A stretch of DNA of 64,000 nucleotides. Source: an uncultured virus (IMG/VR IMGVR_UViG_3300011712_000002) (taxonomy: Duplodnaviria > Heunggongvirae > Uroviricota > Caudoviricetes). The stretch lies in the IMG/VR virus record IMGVR_UViG_3300011712_000002; one strand, 5' to 3'. A model generated the notes under the pieces. It searched no databases and was not told the origin of the DNA. It was given only the letters and a program-made list of their open reading frames with translations. Shown here one piece after another: positions 39,401-49,219 of the stretch (position 1 is its first letter; the number at the start of each line of letters is the position of its first letter). The position numbers and the translations under genes were made by a program.

Positions 39401-41063
39401 CTTTTTTGAGGCTACCACCCATTTGCGTCCCTGCGGTGGCCAGCCCCGTCACAGTACCTTTCAGCACCTTAAAGCCGATCAACGCCAAAGCAGCCTGGCC
39501 GAGAGTGAGAAGCAGCTCTTTGTTGCGCTCCGCCCACTTCGCCATGTCCATCAACGCATTTACCGCAGTGGACAACCCCTCGCCCAGATCCTGCGCAAAC
39601 ACCTTACCGTCAGTGCTGTTCATGTAATTGGACAGCTCTTTGAAGGCTTTAGTGATGGATTCGAGGTAGCCGGCACGACCAATACGATCAGCAAACAGAG
39701 TGAATGAGGTCTGGAGTTGCGCCAGCGCCCCACTGTATGCCTGCATCAGATTTTCGGCTGCACCACGGCTTTGAGCATCAAGCCCCTGGAATAACAGCTC
39801 TAAACCCTGCTTCGCTGAGACAGTACCGGTAGAAATCGCCTTGGTCAGTTGCCCCATGGTAACGCCAGCGGAATCTGCCATTGCCTGCATCGCGGTAGGA
39901 ACGGCTTCACCTAATTGCTGACGCAGCTCTTCCATCGAAATGACGCCCTTACCGGACATCTGCTGGATTGCCACAGCTGCTCGCTTCAACAGCTCACTAT
40001 CGCCACCAAAACGTGCCACAGAGTCAACCAGCGACTTTAGAGAGCCATTGGCGGGATCGATGCCAGCTGATTTGAATTTAACGAATGCGTCTGTCAGAGC
40101 TTCCATTGCGAACGGGGCTGTTTTAGCCATGTTCACGATGTAATTCATGTCATTAGTCGCAGCCAGCTTCGGGTTGGCAGCTTCTTTGTTCATGCCTTCA
40201 AGCAAGATGCGCATCTTCTGCATCTGGGCTGCTGCTTCGACGATCGGCACCTGCCAACCAAACAACATCTGCTGAACGGTATAAGCTGCATCACCGATTT
40301 CACCGAGCATGAAGATATTGCCTTTCATGCCGTCCATCAGCCCGCCGCTTGAGTGACGACCACCACGACCGGAACCGCCACCGGAACCGCTCGAACTTCC
40401 ACCGGAACCACCACGACCAGGGCCACGCACATCCGCTCGCAGATTGCCCAATTCTCTTTGGCGGTTAATCAGCGCATCCATCTCCGCCACGACCTTTTTC
40501 ATCTGGGCAGCGGCTTTGGTGGACGATGCAGCCCAATTCTCCATTCGCTTGCTGGAGTTGGACAAACGAGTGTTCATACCGGAGGTGGCTGTATTAGCCT
40601 CTTTGACCTCATGGCCAAAGGATGAGGCTGCACGTCCAGCGTGATTAGCCCAATCAGAGAAGTCGCTCAGCTCTGACTGAACAGCCTGCAAGGAATGATG
40701 AAACCCCTTCGTGGCTTTGTCGGCGGCGTCAATACGTGTGGTGTAGGTTTTGAGGTTGGCATTAAACGTCACCAGCTCTTGTCTGGTGTCGCGCATTGCC
40801 TTAGAGACAAGCTCGAAACCGGCGCCTAAGTCCTGAAGACCATTGGCGACCGATTCCAGCTTTTTGTCGAGCGTACCCAGAATCCCGGCAACGGAACCCA
40901 GAGAACGCTCAAGTGTTGCGATTTTTTGCGCTGGCTTTGTGGCCTTCTCGCCAAAACTGACCAGCAGTTTTCCCGCCCGGTCGATTGCCGCGGTGAACTT
41001 TTTATCGTCCAGCGACAGAATAAACTCTACGTTGTCAGACATTCCCTTGTCATCCTGCGCCAA
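36444..41063 (-). CDS. Tape measure protein
   Basis: 1539 aa; QQMSGKGVISMEELRQQLGE tape-measure domain; position in the tail operon. Confidence 0.92.
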   Translation of the reverse strand: MAQDDKGMSDNVEFILSLDDKKFTAAIDRAGKLLVSFGEKATKPAQKIATLERSLGSVAGILGTLDKKLESVANGLQDLGAGFELVSKAMRDTRQELVTFNANLKTYTTRIDAADKATKGFHHSLQAVQSELSDFSDWANHAGRAASSFGHEVKEANTATSGMNTRLSNSSKRMENWAASSTKAAAQMKKVVAEMDALINRQRELGNLRADVRGPGRGGSGGSSSGSGGGSGRGGRHSSGGLMDGMKGNIFMLGEIGDAAYTVQQMLFGWQVPIVEAAAQMQKMRILLEGMNKEAANPKLAATNDMNYIVNMAKTAPFAMEALTDAFVKFKSAGIDPANGSLKSLVDSVARFGGDSELLKRAAVAIQQMSGKGVISMEELRQQLGEAVPTAMQAMADSAGVTMGQLTKAISTGTVSAKQGLELLFQGLDAQSRGAAENLMQAYSGALAQLQTSFTLFADRIGRAGYLESITKAFKELSNYMNSTDGKVFAQDLGEGLSTAVNALMDMAKWAERNKELLLTLGQAALALIGFKVLKGTVTGLATAGTQMGGSLKKAFEVVNGAGAKTISVIAGVVKTFRDFGGTAAMIIYVGEAIKMVRTAWLAFQAVIVANPVGAAITAIAVAVGGLIAVMTSLRDKTAETVAEIRKIPEAMTAAQRSQMTARIKQLESQNSGDQQTLEAMKSGGLSSSAIGVDQKALQSRLEANQKELAQLKETVGMGDKAQYENLARDIVTKRLEDVDNGIKAGMAQYSTTTLKDARNKRTVLSQDQKMSPSEKSAQLESINASDRDAHLKPFLEGADKTQKIVDSLGQEVVRITKLLENPNLNDSDRSRLQGQLNGQSQAFNTAQESLSSLQGQIKNIREQSGKGLQMLDGSYYTGVGGTKKQDDRLNSLFVNSQLGTGKQTRMNPDGTIMRDIAGDAVMGDAQLKANTKLRSIYGETIKMEQLTADQREKISSILTAAKLKDEQKAQRAAERAGKSAEAAAKREESARQKAIKANETWIGKAEQMAGQLGLSSKASVEFDQNIQEVTKHLTEMANAVPSDTLSKGIIDNAKTMLAFINQNKDAYSKRLNQDAAEQSITKFAPMANKVISSGYTPDYQSAAAEWNKKFNESLAYLQSQSKNAQDQGMKEVYDRAISQMLAGRNKAFITEVGTSQQKLAQEYSDVASQMESVWTSCFENLTDKLTEFVKTGKFSIADFGDYIFDEMLKVSTKALVVEPLMQSLGMGTNSGASWGDKLSGAKDAVIGSFTKTQQSGSPVEAMSSPTSAGNDSGSMFEGLKNSFKSLTTSVSDLASSGLKSLKDGFNELTGSTKNSTSAVTQNAVSTQEATSATRGFTLSASTAVTAIGATISALGAATGNKWMGYVGAAASIMGLASSAYGAMSSAGWTGNSASTVQDGTKGFQVKPNANQFQVTAHAKGGVFGPDGVVPLKKYAKGGIASSPQLALFGEGSHKEAYVPLPDGRSIPVTFTGGGEGSGGDSVAISITVQNYGDGSSKSSEESDNGSQWNDMARKVKAVVLDTLTDESRPGGMLSSTSK

Positions 41064-41379
41064 ATATTTTCATCAGTTGCTCTTTGGCGTCGGGGTCTGC
41101 TTTCGCATAACTTGGATCGTAGACTTTATCGGTAACGACTGGTCTTCCAATACGGTGTTGCAAACCCTCCATAAACGCCTTGCCGCTATCCGCATCTGCC
41201 TGGGCGACCCTTGCCACCTGGAATCTACGGACATCCTCTTCAGCCCGGAGACGATCAATGTTTCGGCTTAACATCCAAAACATGGCCAGCGGTAGCTGGA
41301 GTAGCTCTATCGGCGAGACGGCATAGTGAGCAACAACACGACTGAAATAGAATCCGAGATCGATGGAAACCGTCACCAT
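41050..41379 (-). CDS. Tail assembly chaperone T-part (probably expressed by -1 frameshift)
   Basis: Lies between the G-like chaperone and the tape measure gene; -1 frame overlaps the last codons of G. Confidence 0.7.
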   Translation of the reverse strand: MVTVSIDLGFYFSRVVAHYAVSPIELLQLPLAMFWMLSRNIDRLRAEEDVRRFQVARVAQADADSGKAFMEGLQHRIGRPVVTDKVYDPSYAKADPDAKEQLMKIFGAG

Positions 41380-41402
41380 CTGCCCGGACTCATCGCGGGT
41401 GA

Positions 41403-41726
41403 TTACTTTGCTTCTTCACCAGCAGCTTTTTCGTTTTCTTCTTCAACCACTTCCATTGCGAAGGTGAAGACTTGCTGCAGCTGAGGCAAAGTCAGCTTTT
41501 GGAGCGCTTCAGACGTGACGGTCGGCAGTAATTTCTGCACCAAATCTGCATATGCGGTTACCTGATCTGCCATAGACAGAGCCGCCAGGTCTTTGCCTTC
41601 CATCTGCTTGATGGCAACAAACAAGCCAACGGTCATTTCAACGATCGGGTACTTTTTGCCGCCGAACTTGACTGATTTTTGTGGAGGCGAAATGGCATCC
41701 AGGTCGAGTAATTTGGTCATTTTCAA
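41403..41726 (-). CDS. Tail assembly chaperone G
   Basis: Position after the tail tube gene; 107 aa. Confidence 0.75.
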   Translation of the reverse strand: MKMTKLLDLDAISPPQKSVKFGGKKYPIVEMTVGLFVAIKQMEGKDLAALSMADQVTAYADLVQKLLPTVTSEALQKLTLPQLQQVFTFAMEVVEEENEKAAGEEAK

Positions 41727-41766
41727 TTCCGTTTAAATAAGAGGCTCGTCCTGAGCCTCTTTAGGG

Positions 41767-42528
41767 TTACGCTACGGTGATGGCTGCTGTTGCAGTCTTC
41801 GCGCCGTCAGTGGTGGTGAAGGTGATCTGGGCATTACCCGCAGCTTTACCTGTTACCTTGCCGGTGCTATCAACAGTGACTACAGCAGTGTTGCTCGATA
41901 CCCACGTACCGGTTTTATCGGTGGCGTTGGTAGGGGCGAATACTGCGGCCAGCTGGGTAGTACCGCCCACAGCGATGTTCGCGGTGGTTGGGTTAACAGC
42001 TACGCCGGTAACTGCGACAGACGCATCACCGGCATCAGGCTTTGGGTTGGTCATGGTTCCCAGAATGCCGTCGTCGTCCGGGTATGCGTTGAAATCAACG
42101 GAGAACACGCGAACGTCATCGGATTTGTAGGCCATGGTGAAGTTACCCGCCGTTGCCGCCTTCGGCAGAGTCAGCACGAAATCGGTGCCATCCTGCGGAG
42201 TCAGGATCAACTCCTGAGCAACGTCAACGAGGTTGACGCCCTGAGCGGAGCTGATAGACAGGGTGTTTTTGTCGGCAGACATGGTTGAGCCAGGCATCAG
42301 GTTAACCAGGTTCGCCAGAACACTTTCGGCCAGCGGAGCGGTAACTTTTACGTTACGACCCTGCACCAGTTCAGAAATGGTGGTCTGACCCAGCTGGTCA
42401 ACGGTGACTTTTAGGGTTTCGGTAGAAACCTCGACTTCAACGCCGCCTTTGGTGTAGCCAAGATCCTGGCCACCGAAAGACACTTTGCAAGCGCCTAATT
42501 TGATATTTTTAACATGGGTGTTAGCCAT
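41767..42528 (-). CDS. Major tail tube protein with C-terminal Ig-like (Big_2) domain
   Basis: LGYTKGGV tube motif; WVSSNTAVVTVDSTGKVTG. Confidence 0.9.
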   Translation of the reverse strand: MANTHVKNIKLGACKVSFGGQDLGYTKGGVEVEVSTETLKVTVDQLGQTTISELVQGRNVKVTAPLAESVLANLVNLMPGSTMSADKNTLSISSAQGVNLVDVAQELILTPQDGTDFVLTLPKAATAGNFTMAYKSDDVRVFSVDFNAYPDDDGILGTMTNPKPDAGDASVAVTGVAVNPTTANIAVGGTTQLAAVFAPTNATDKTGTWVSSNTAVVTVDSTGKVTGKAAGNAQITFTTTDGAKTATAAITVA

Positions 42529-42636
42529 TGTTTACAAACTCCTTTTTGCATTGGTTGCCGCATTCCTTGCGGCAAAAGTAAGTATATAGCTATTTTTTAC
42601 TTTAAAAAAGTAACCATATGGCTATTTTAATGATGA

Positions 42637-43017
42637 TTACACCGGATATGCTGCAAATTCGACGGGAATACCAGCTTCGAACAGTGATCCATCATCCTGC
42701 GGGTAGATAATCGGTAGAGACAGAGGCTTAACATATTTAAACCGGATGCCCTGAACTTCTGTATCAAGAAGCGGCAGAACAGCCATGATTTTGTTAGCTC
42801 TGGCCGACACCGCAGACAATGTCGTCTCTCTGATGATTACAGTGAAAACATCCTGATAAAAGCCTTCAAGCTCGCGGTCAATAGCAATACCAGTATTGGG
42901 ATTCACCAGTAAAATTCCGCTTTTGACTGAAGCTGGCATGTGATGTGCGAAAGTGTCCTTACCAATCACGCCTAGCTTCTTGTCCTGAAGAAATTTGGCA
43001 AACGCTTCAATAAACAT
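42637..43017 (-). CDS. Tail terminator / minor capsid-like protein
   Basis: Position and size. Confidence 0.65.
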   Translation of the reverse strand: MFIEAFAKFLQDKKLGVIGKDTFAHHMPASVKSGILLVNPNTGIAIDRELEGFYQDVFTVIIRETTLSAVSARANKIMAVLPLLDTEVQGIRFKYVKPLSLPIIYPQDDGSLFEAGIPVEFAAYPV

Positions 43018-43018
43018 G

Positions 43019-43489
43019 TCACCCCCTTGTGAACCCAGCTTTTCTCGCTGCTTCCGTTACAGCTTCCCTGAACCGCTTTTCACCCATTTCAATCGCACGT
43101 TCCATGTAGAGACGCCCTACCCTCGCTCGCATTCCCTCGATCGGCGGGGTGGTGACGCTCTTCATTCTCGACAATCGGCCAAGCCGGTAGTGATCGTTGT
43201 GCATGTAATCCGCATATTGCCCAACCGTCACGCCCGGGTGTCCCTCGCGCGATGTTGCACCGGAGACATAAAGCTCAACCTTCACCTCAGAGAAGTTATT
43301 GATGACGCGCGCGTAGATCGCCTTTTCCAATGATCCGGTTTCAATCGGCACCATCGCTCTGGCTAATCGCTCCATCACTTTCGCCACCTTCTCCATATCG
43401 CGAAGCAGATAGCGCTTAAACGCTTTTTGACGCTGATCGAGAGAATTGGCCTGGCGTCGTAACTTTGATGCGTCGTAACTCAGACCCAT
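43019..43489 (-). CDS. Neck/tail-completion protein (HK97 gp10-like)
   Basis: PIETGSLEKAI...YADY...YMERA. Confidence 0.7.
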   Translation of the reverse strand: MGLSYDASKLRRQANSLDQRQKAFKRYLLRDMEKVAKVMERLARAMVPIETGSLEKAIYARVINNFSEVKVELYVSGATSREGHPGVTVGQYADYMHNDHYRLGRLSRMKSVTTPPIEGMRARVGRLYMERAIEMGEKRFREAVTEAARKAGFTRG

Positions 43490-43824
43490 ACGTTAGCCCC
43501 GACTTCCAAATGACCAGGGCGCCCACGAAGCCCCCAACGACGCTCTACGCTCGCCACCAGCAACTTAGTGCCAGACATCACCAATACGTCATCCAGCTTC
43601 ACATCAGCAGCCAGGGGCACAATTAGCACAGCATTGAATGTCTCAACGTCAGCTTTGCCACGACTGCCAGAGCTATCAGCTCGTACCGACGATTTAACGA
43701 CGCCTTCTGTAAAATTCACTACGCCTACTTTGGTGCTTCTCACAAACTGGTATTTCGACTCGCCATAGATGTTCATCCCACCTTTTCGATAAACAGCGAG
43801 TTCTGTTTGCCAGGCTACGTGCAT
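43480..43824 (-). CDS. Head-closure protein
   Basis: Start placed at ATG 43824 after SD GGAGGTGA; position in the operon. Confidence 0.65.
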   Translation of the reverse strand: MHVAWQTELAVYRKGGMNIYGESKYQFVRSTKVGVVNFTEGVVKSSVRADSSGSRGKADVETFNAVLIVPLAADVKLDDVLVMSGTKLLVASVERRWGLRGRPGHLEVGANVWV

Positions 43825-43933
43825 ATTCACCTCCATGTGAATAAACAACGCCAGCACCATCCAACTGGTGCGGGTGCATCGATGATGACTTAAACCCTGC
43901 TCCCATGCTGGTGGTCGCTGGCGCGAAATTTGA

Positions 43934-44767
43934 CTACCGACGAACGATAAACCGGTTATTGGTATACTTAGCCAGCAAACGCCAGGTGGTTCTGGCCACC
44001 GTCTTAGGTGCGCTTTTGCCGGTTCGGTACATATTGGTCGTCTCGCCAATCGACTCCGAGAGAATCCCATCTTCGCGCGCGGCAGCTACATCGTTGCCGT
44101 TGGCAATTTCACACGCTTCGTTGATCACAGCCAACATCACAGCGCGCTTAAAGACATCCGGGAAAGCGGCAAAATCCTCATCGCTCAGCTCATCCCAATC
44201 CACCATATCGACGCGGTACTGTCCTGCTGCGCCAAACGGCATTGTGGTGACGTTCAACATGTTTTGCGGTCGGTCGTAATCGTCATAATCGATACCGAAG
44301 ATTCGACGAATTGAGAAAGGCATTGTCTTGATGCGATTCGTGGCCTCAATAAGACGCTTGCGCATCAGGCTGTCACCATCGGCAAGTAACGCATCCCCAT
44401 TCAGCATGTCGATTGCCTGCATCTGGGCGTCAGCGATTGTGGCAAACGAATGCCGTGGAACCGCCAGCTCAAAGTCTGCCATCAGAACATACAGCTGCTC
44501 ACTGAGGTGATTGATAGTGCCGTCATTGATCGTCAAGACCAAACGACGCAAATCCCGTTCACGATCTACAAGCTGGTTGTACTCAGCTGGCACGACAACA
44601 GTGACGGACATCTGGCCAGCCTCAAACTCCACTGGTACATCTTCCGCCACAATGTTCGCCCGGCCGTCCTTCAGGGTGTACGTTGCGGATGCCGCATCGA
44701 GCACATTGAGAGTGAATGACAGCGAAACAGCTTCGCTGCTTTTAAACGTGCCGAGCTGAGCCATCAT
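43934..44767 (-). CDS. Head-tail adaptor
   Basis: SFATIADA, SESIGET; position in the operon. Confidence 0.65.
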   Translation of the reverse strand: MMAQLGTFKSSEAVSLSFTLNVLDAASATYTLKDGRANIVAEDVPVEFEAGQMSVTVVVPAEYNQLVDRERDLRRLVLTINDGTINHLSEQLYVLMADFELAVPRHSFATIADAQMQAIDMLNGDALLADGDSLMRKRLIEATNRIKTMPFSIRRIFGIDYDDYDRPQNMLNVTTMPFGAAGQYRVDMVDWDELSDEDFAAFPDVFKRAVMLAVINEACEIANGNDVAAAREDGILSESIGETTNMYRTGKSAPKTVARTTWRLLAKYTNNRFIVRR

Positions 44768-45204
44768 TCACCGCCCTGGGCTTTCATAATGCCTTCGATC
44801 ATCTCAACGATGCCCTTGCCCTTTACACCCAGCTCATTTCCGATCTGGCGTAAACCGGCAATTCCTTCGTTGTCGGCTACCGCTTCCAGCTCTTCACGAG
44901 AGAACTTAGGCTGAGTGCTTACATGGGCTTGCGTGGTCACTCGCTCCATACGCTCATTAACTGGCGCTGCGGTCTCTTTTACGCTGTCAGCGGATAACCC
45001 ATGGCGCTCGCTATAAATCCCAGAAGGAGACACATTGGTTCCCTCAATGGTTTCTGCGCGCATCGATGAGCAAATGCGCTGCTGATCCACGAATGGCAGT
45101 TCTGATACAGAGATGCCATCTTCAAACTGGATGCCACACAACATGCCTGTATAACCCTTAAAGCATGATTCGAGCAGTCGTACTTTTGCAGATTTCATAT
45201 TCAT
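44764..45204 (-). CDS. Hypothetical virion-associated protein
   Basis: N-terminus YTGMLCGIQFEDGIS is paralogous to the next gene. Confidence 0.65.
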   Translation of the reverse strand: MNMKSAKVRLLESCFKGYTGMLCGIQFEDGISVSELPFVDQQRICSSMRAETIEGTNVSPSGIYSERHGLSADSVKETAAPVNERMERVTTQAHVSTQPKFSREELEAVADNEGIAGLRQIGNELGVKGKGIVEMIEGIMKAQGGE

Positions 45205-45234
45205 CCTTGAGTGGCCGGCAAGCGGCCACGTTTG

Positions 45235-45696
45235 TTAAGCCGCGGTTACTGCAACCTGGCAGGTGGAAGACGGGCCATCGTTTGAGGTGAAAGTAACTAC
45301 GGCATTACCTACACCTGCAGCCGTGATCTTGCCTTTTTGATCAACCGTTAAGATCGCTGCGTTGTTAGTGCTCCAAACGCCTGACTTGTCAGTGGCGTTA
45401 TCTGGCGCAGTGTTGTAGGTCAAAGTTCGAGACTCACCCACTTTCAGACCGGTAGAAGCCGGGTTCATGTAGATGGCGTTGATCGCCACTTTTTGCTGAC
45501 CGGAACTGGCGGTGTTGCCTGAACCAGACTGCTGACCAGCGTCAATCACTTCTCCGCGAAGAGCTGCCAGCATTCGTGCCTGGCGGCGCTCACCAACCGG
45601 ATTCGCGCTCACACTATTAACGAAAGGCACACCGAACATGTGACCCGTGTAATCCGAGAGCACTTCTTCGGTAATACGTACTTTTTTGTCTGCCAT
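45235..45696 (-). CDS. Ig-like (Big_2) decoration-type protein
   Basis: APDNATDKSGVWSTNNAAILTVDQKGKITA. Confidence 0.75.
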   Translation of the reverse strand: MADKKVRITEEVLSDYTGHMFGVPFVNSVSANPVGERRQARMLAALRGEVIDAGQQSGSGNTASSGQQKVAINAIYMNPASTGLKVGESRTLTYNTAPDNATDKSGVWSTNNAAILTVDQKGKITAAGVGNAVVTFTSNDGPSSTCQVAVTAA

Positions 45697-45707
45697 GTTT
45701 ACTCCAT

Positions 45708-45737
45708 AAAAAAAGGGTGGGCGACTTGCCCACCCTT
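45708..45737 (-). terminator. Intrinsic terminator after the major capsid gene
   Basis: AAGGGTGGGC-aagtc-GCCCACCCTTTTTTT. Confidence 0.75.
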
Positions 45738-45779
45738 GCTAGTGATCGTTGATAGGTAGTTAACTACCTATCATTAAGA

Positions 45780-46652
45780 TTAAATCTTAACGCCTTTCAG
45801 CGCTGCGATCGCTTTATCGTGCTTGTTCGCCAGAGAGCAGTACCACTTAACGCGAGTACGCAGGGCGTCTTTGTTCTGAACGGTGCCGATGGACTCAACC
45901 ACGATACCGGCATTATCACCACCGTACAGACCGGTCAGACCGTTCTCTTCGGACAGGTGCAGGCCGTAGATGTCGGCAGCGCCGTCAACAACAGGGATGA
46001 AGTCGTTCACGATGAACGGAATGCCGTTGTGGGTCAGCATCGGACGACCAAAGTTCTCGATCATCACTTCAGACGGGCCGACGTTTACGGTACGCAGCAA
46101 CGCACGGTAGGCGCGCATATGCTCAGATCGAACCATCAGGCAATCAGCGCCCAGATCTTTCACGGCATCAACCAGCTCATCGAGCATGGAGAAGGTCATG
46201 GAAGCGTTGGCAACAATGCCCTGATCAGCAGCCATCAGTTTGGCAATGCCGTCAAAGGATTTGGCGTCTTTGGTGGAGTCACCCTGGATCAGGTTGCGGC
46301 GGAATGCGCGCGCCAGACCTTTCACTTTGGAACGAACCTGGATAGCCAGCTGGCTATTGGTGTCGGCCATGGTGGTTGCCAGGAATTTATCAACGTCAAC
46401 GTCGCCAGCCAGAATACGCAGCTTAGCCACATGCTCGGTGAACGTTGCAGCGCCTTCTGGAACCACATCGTTCACGTCAATGAAGCTGGCTTCAGACAGT
46501 GAATCTTCGCGGTTGTACAGATACGCTTTAGAGTTGATCTTCATGAAAGGCAGAACGGCAAACAGGTCATCGCGATCGATGATAGTTTCGATTACGCCCT
46601 GTTCCAGTTCGTTGTTAGACAGCTTTTCAGCTTCGTCTCGCAGTAATGGCAT
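45780..46652 (-). CDS. Major capsid protein
   Basis: HK97-fold-type motifs (GDVDVDKF, FDGI, RTRVKWY); position after the scaffold gene. Confidence 0.88.
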   Translation of the reverse strand: MPLLRDEAEKLSNNELEQGVIETIIDRDDLFAVLPFMKINSKAYLYNREDSLSEASFIDVNDVVPEGAATFTEHVAKLRILAGDVDVDKFLATTMADTNSQLAIQVRSKVKGLARAFRRNLIQGDSTKDAKSFDGIAKLMAADQGIVANASMTFSMLDELVDAVKDLGADCLMVRSEHMRAYRALLRTVNVGPSEVMIENFGRPMLTHNGIPFIVNDFIPVVDGAADIYGLHLSEENGLTGLYGGDNAGIVVESIGTVQNKDALRTRVKWYCSLANKHDKAIAALKGVKI

Positions 46653-46678
46653 CTTTTCAATTCCTTTTGATTAAGATG

Positions 46679-47578
46679 TTATTTTGTAACGATTTTTCCC
46701 AGCCCCGCAGTTAACTTGTCAATCGTTGACTTGTTCACCGGGGTGGTTACTTTGGCGCTTGGCTTACTTTGTGAGCCAGCACCGGGTTTTGCTTCGCTTC
46801 GCAGCAGAGCATCGGCTTCAGGATCTGCACGTAAAATACGCTCAATCGCTGATTCGAACGCGAGTGGTTGGCCGTGGCCATCGACCAGCACCGCGCGGTC
46901 TTTCTGACCTGCAGGCTTGTCATAACCGACTACGCTGCCGTCTTCGCCTACTTCGAAGTGGTTGCCATAAATCACACGAGCTTTGGCCGGTGTCATCAGA
47001 GCCTTATCACGCAAGAAACCGGAACCAGAGAAAGATGCACCTACGGTCATCTCAAGCAGTTGCGCCTTCAGAGTGGCATTTTCAGCTTCGACCTGAGTTC
47101 GAGCGTCACGCTCTACCTGCAGATCCGCTTGGTGAGCGGCAACCATTTGCTTTTTGACCGCGTCAAACTCGCCGCGGCGCTCAAGCTCAGTTTGCTCCGC
47201 TTCTTGACGGGCACGTTCTGCCGCAGCTTCCGCGTCCACCAATTGACGAGCACGTTCTGGGTCGATGTCACCATAAGCAGCCAGTTTTTCCTTGCGCTTC
47301 ATGCTCTCTTTCAAAAGCTCAGCGCCTGACTTCTTAGCGTCACGCAACTTTGCGATCAGCTGTTCTTGCGACAGACCTGCGTATTCGTCTTCAGTTTCCG
47401 GCTGACGTGCCTGTTTATGTACGTCATCAGTGCCTGGGTTGTGCTCCTTGCCTTCGCCACCAGGCTGCTCAGCCTGCTGCTCTTTGGAAGGTTCACCGCC
47501 ACCGCCACCGCCCAGCTCTTCCTTGCCAGCGACGTCCATCAGGCCACGATTGACCATCATCATTTGCCACAGATTCAT
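46679..47578 (-). CDS. Capsid scaffolding protein
   Basis: Acidic coiled coil between portal and capsid genes. Confidence 0.75.
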   Translation of the reverse strand: MNLWQMMMVNRGLMDVAGKEELGGGGGGEPSKEQQAEQPGGEGKEHNPGTDDVHKQARQPETEDEYAGLSQEQLIAKLRDAKKSGAELLKESMKRKEKLAAYGDIDPERARQLVDAEAAAERARQEAEQTELERRGEFDAVKKQMVAAHQADLQVERDARTQVEAENATLKAQLLEMTVGASFSGSGFLRDKALMTPAKARVIYGNHFEVGEDGSVVGYDKPAGQKDRAVLVDGHGQPLAFESAIERILRADPEADALLRSEAKPGAGSQSKPSAKVTTPVNKSTIDKLTAGLGKIVTK

Positions 47579-47596
47579 AAAATTCCTTTTTACGCC

Positions 47597-49165
47597 TTAT
47601 CGCTCGGTTGCTTGAGCAGATGAGTTCCCTGATCCTTGGGAAGAAGTATTCTCGGTTTCTTGAGAAGATGCCTTATCATAGGTAGTTGACAACCTATTTT
47701 CAATACCCACAGATACATTTTTTGGAGGAAATTTCAAGAGATCTGCCTCAAATTCCTTTTTCATTTTCTCCGTGACGTTCGGGAAGATCTTATCGATGAG
47801 CATTTCCATCTGATAACGACGAACACTTTCCGGCGCCTGCAACTCTGATAACTGCTGAGCAACAGCAAATTCGTCAGTCAAACCACGGATGTCGAAACTC
47901 TCCGGGTAGCTAACCAATGTGTGATCGTCTTCCAGCTCTTCACCCATCCATTTGCCAACCAGGGCAAGCATCTGGCGCTCTGCACGTTCCAGACGTTCAG
48001 CTTTCGTCACCAGCAAGCTATTCACGCGCTGGAAGTCGTATGCTTTGGCTGCGCCAGATGAATTATCAATGCCCTTGGCGTTGTCCTGCTTAGTTCGTTC
48101 ACCGGCAACACCAACAGAGTGATAAATCTCGTTGATGACAGTTTGAACCGTGGTGATGATCATCTGGGCTTGCTTCGGGTCTGGCGACATGTAGAACGGC
48201 TGCGAGCCACCTTCACCATCAAAGGTAAACACTCGTTTAGTTCCCATTTCCAATACCTTGCCGTGGTTCTCATCGCCAGGCAGCATTGCCTGAACTGGAA
48301 TCGCCAGCTGGGAGAAGGTCTGATCCTGAATGATTGCATCAAGGTTCGACAGGTAGTTGGCCACCGCACGGTCAAGGTAAGCGATGTCATCAATTAGCGA
48401 TGGGCTGAAGTATGGCGATTCGCTTTGACCAATACAGTCAACGGGGAACACCGGCACAACACCCAGGTTATGCTCACCACTATCTTCGAGGTAAACCTTA
48501 GCATTACCTTTCTGACCACCCTTCTTCACCTCTTCGCGGAACAGATACCATTCGTTTTGAGTCCACAAGCGATAACGCTGGAACTCCTGTCCGGTAGAAG
48601 CAAACGGGTCGGCATCATCACGGGCGACTTCCACCACCAGCGCCCACAGTAAATTGCCGTCGTCATCCCATGCCAGATCCAGCATCTGCTGCGGTGAAAT
48701 CCAGTAAGCGTAGGCGCGGCCATCTTGCTTCTTCTGGTCTTCAACCGACTCAGCGCCAGCTTCCATTGTGCTATCCACCACAACCCAAATTCGCCCATAG
48801 ATGGAGGATTGCAGATCGATGGCGGCCATGAACTCGTTAACGGAAACGTTTTGACGAGTCGCGCGGCGCCAGAAATCCCGGATGAACTCTGGTGCATCTT
48901 CCTCAGTGCGGTGAATATCTTCGCGGAAAATGTATTTGTTGATCAGGTTTACAACTTCACGCGTGTGGTTGAAGCGGTATGCTCGCTCTACACGTTCTTT
49001 GTATTCCTGATCACCTTCTTTGAAATAGCGGAAAACGTTGTCATCGAACCATGCCCGGCCACCCGCGTAGGTGGCCGAAATAAAGTCCCAATGCTCCTTT
49101 TTCTTTTCGTACTCAGGATGCCGGCGTTTAACCAGATCCTTGATTACTTTGTCAGTCAATTCCAT
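47597..49165 (-). CDS. Portal protein
   Basis: RHPEY...YAGG...ERAYRFN, SGAAKAYDF; follows the terminase. Confidence 0.88.
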   Translation of the reverse strand: MELTDKVIKDLVKRRHPEYEKKKEHWDFISATYAGGRAWFDDNVFRYFKEGDQEYKERVERAYRFNHTREVVNLINKYIFREDIHRTEEDAPEFIRDFWRRATRQNVSVNEFMAAIDLQSSIYGRIWVVVDSTMEAGAESVEDQKKQDGRAYAYWISPQQMLDLAWDDDGNLLWALVVEVARDDADPFASTGQEFQRYRLWTQNEWYLFREEVKKGGQKGNAKVYLEDSGEHNLGVVPVFPVDCIGQSESPYFSPSLIDDIAYLDRAVANYLSNLDAIIQDQTFSQLAIPVQAMLPGDENHGKVLEMGTKRVFTFDGEGGSQPFYMSPDPKQAQMIITTVQTVINEIYHSVGVAGERTKQDNAKGIDNSSGAAKAYDFQRVNSLLVTKAERLERAERQMLALVGKWMGEELEDDHTLVSYPESFDIRGLTDEFAVAQQLSELQAPESVRRYQMEMLIDKIFPNVTEKMKKEFEADLLKFPPKNVSVGIENRLSTTYDKASSQETENTSSQGSGNSSAQATER

Positions 49166-49219
49166 TTGACCAAACCCCAATTTAATATAAAAACCGCTTT
49201 AATATAGGTAGCTGACCAC

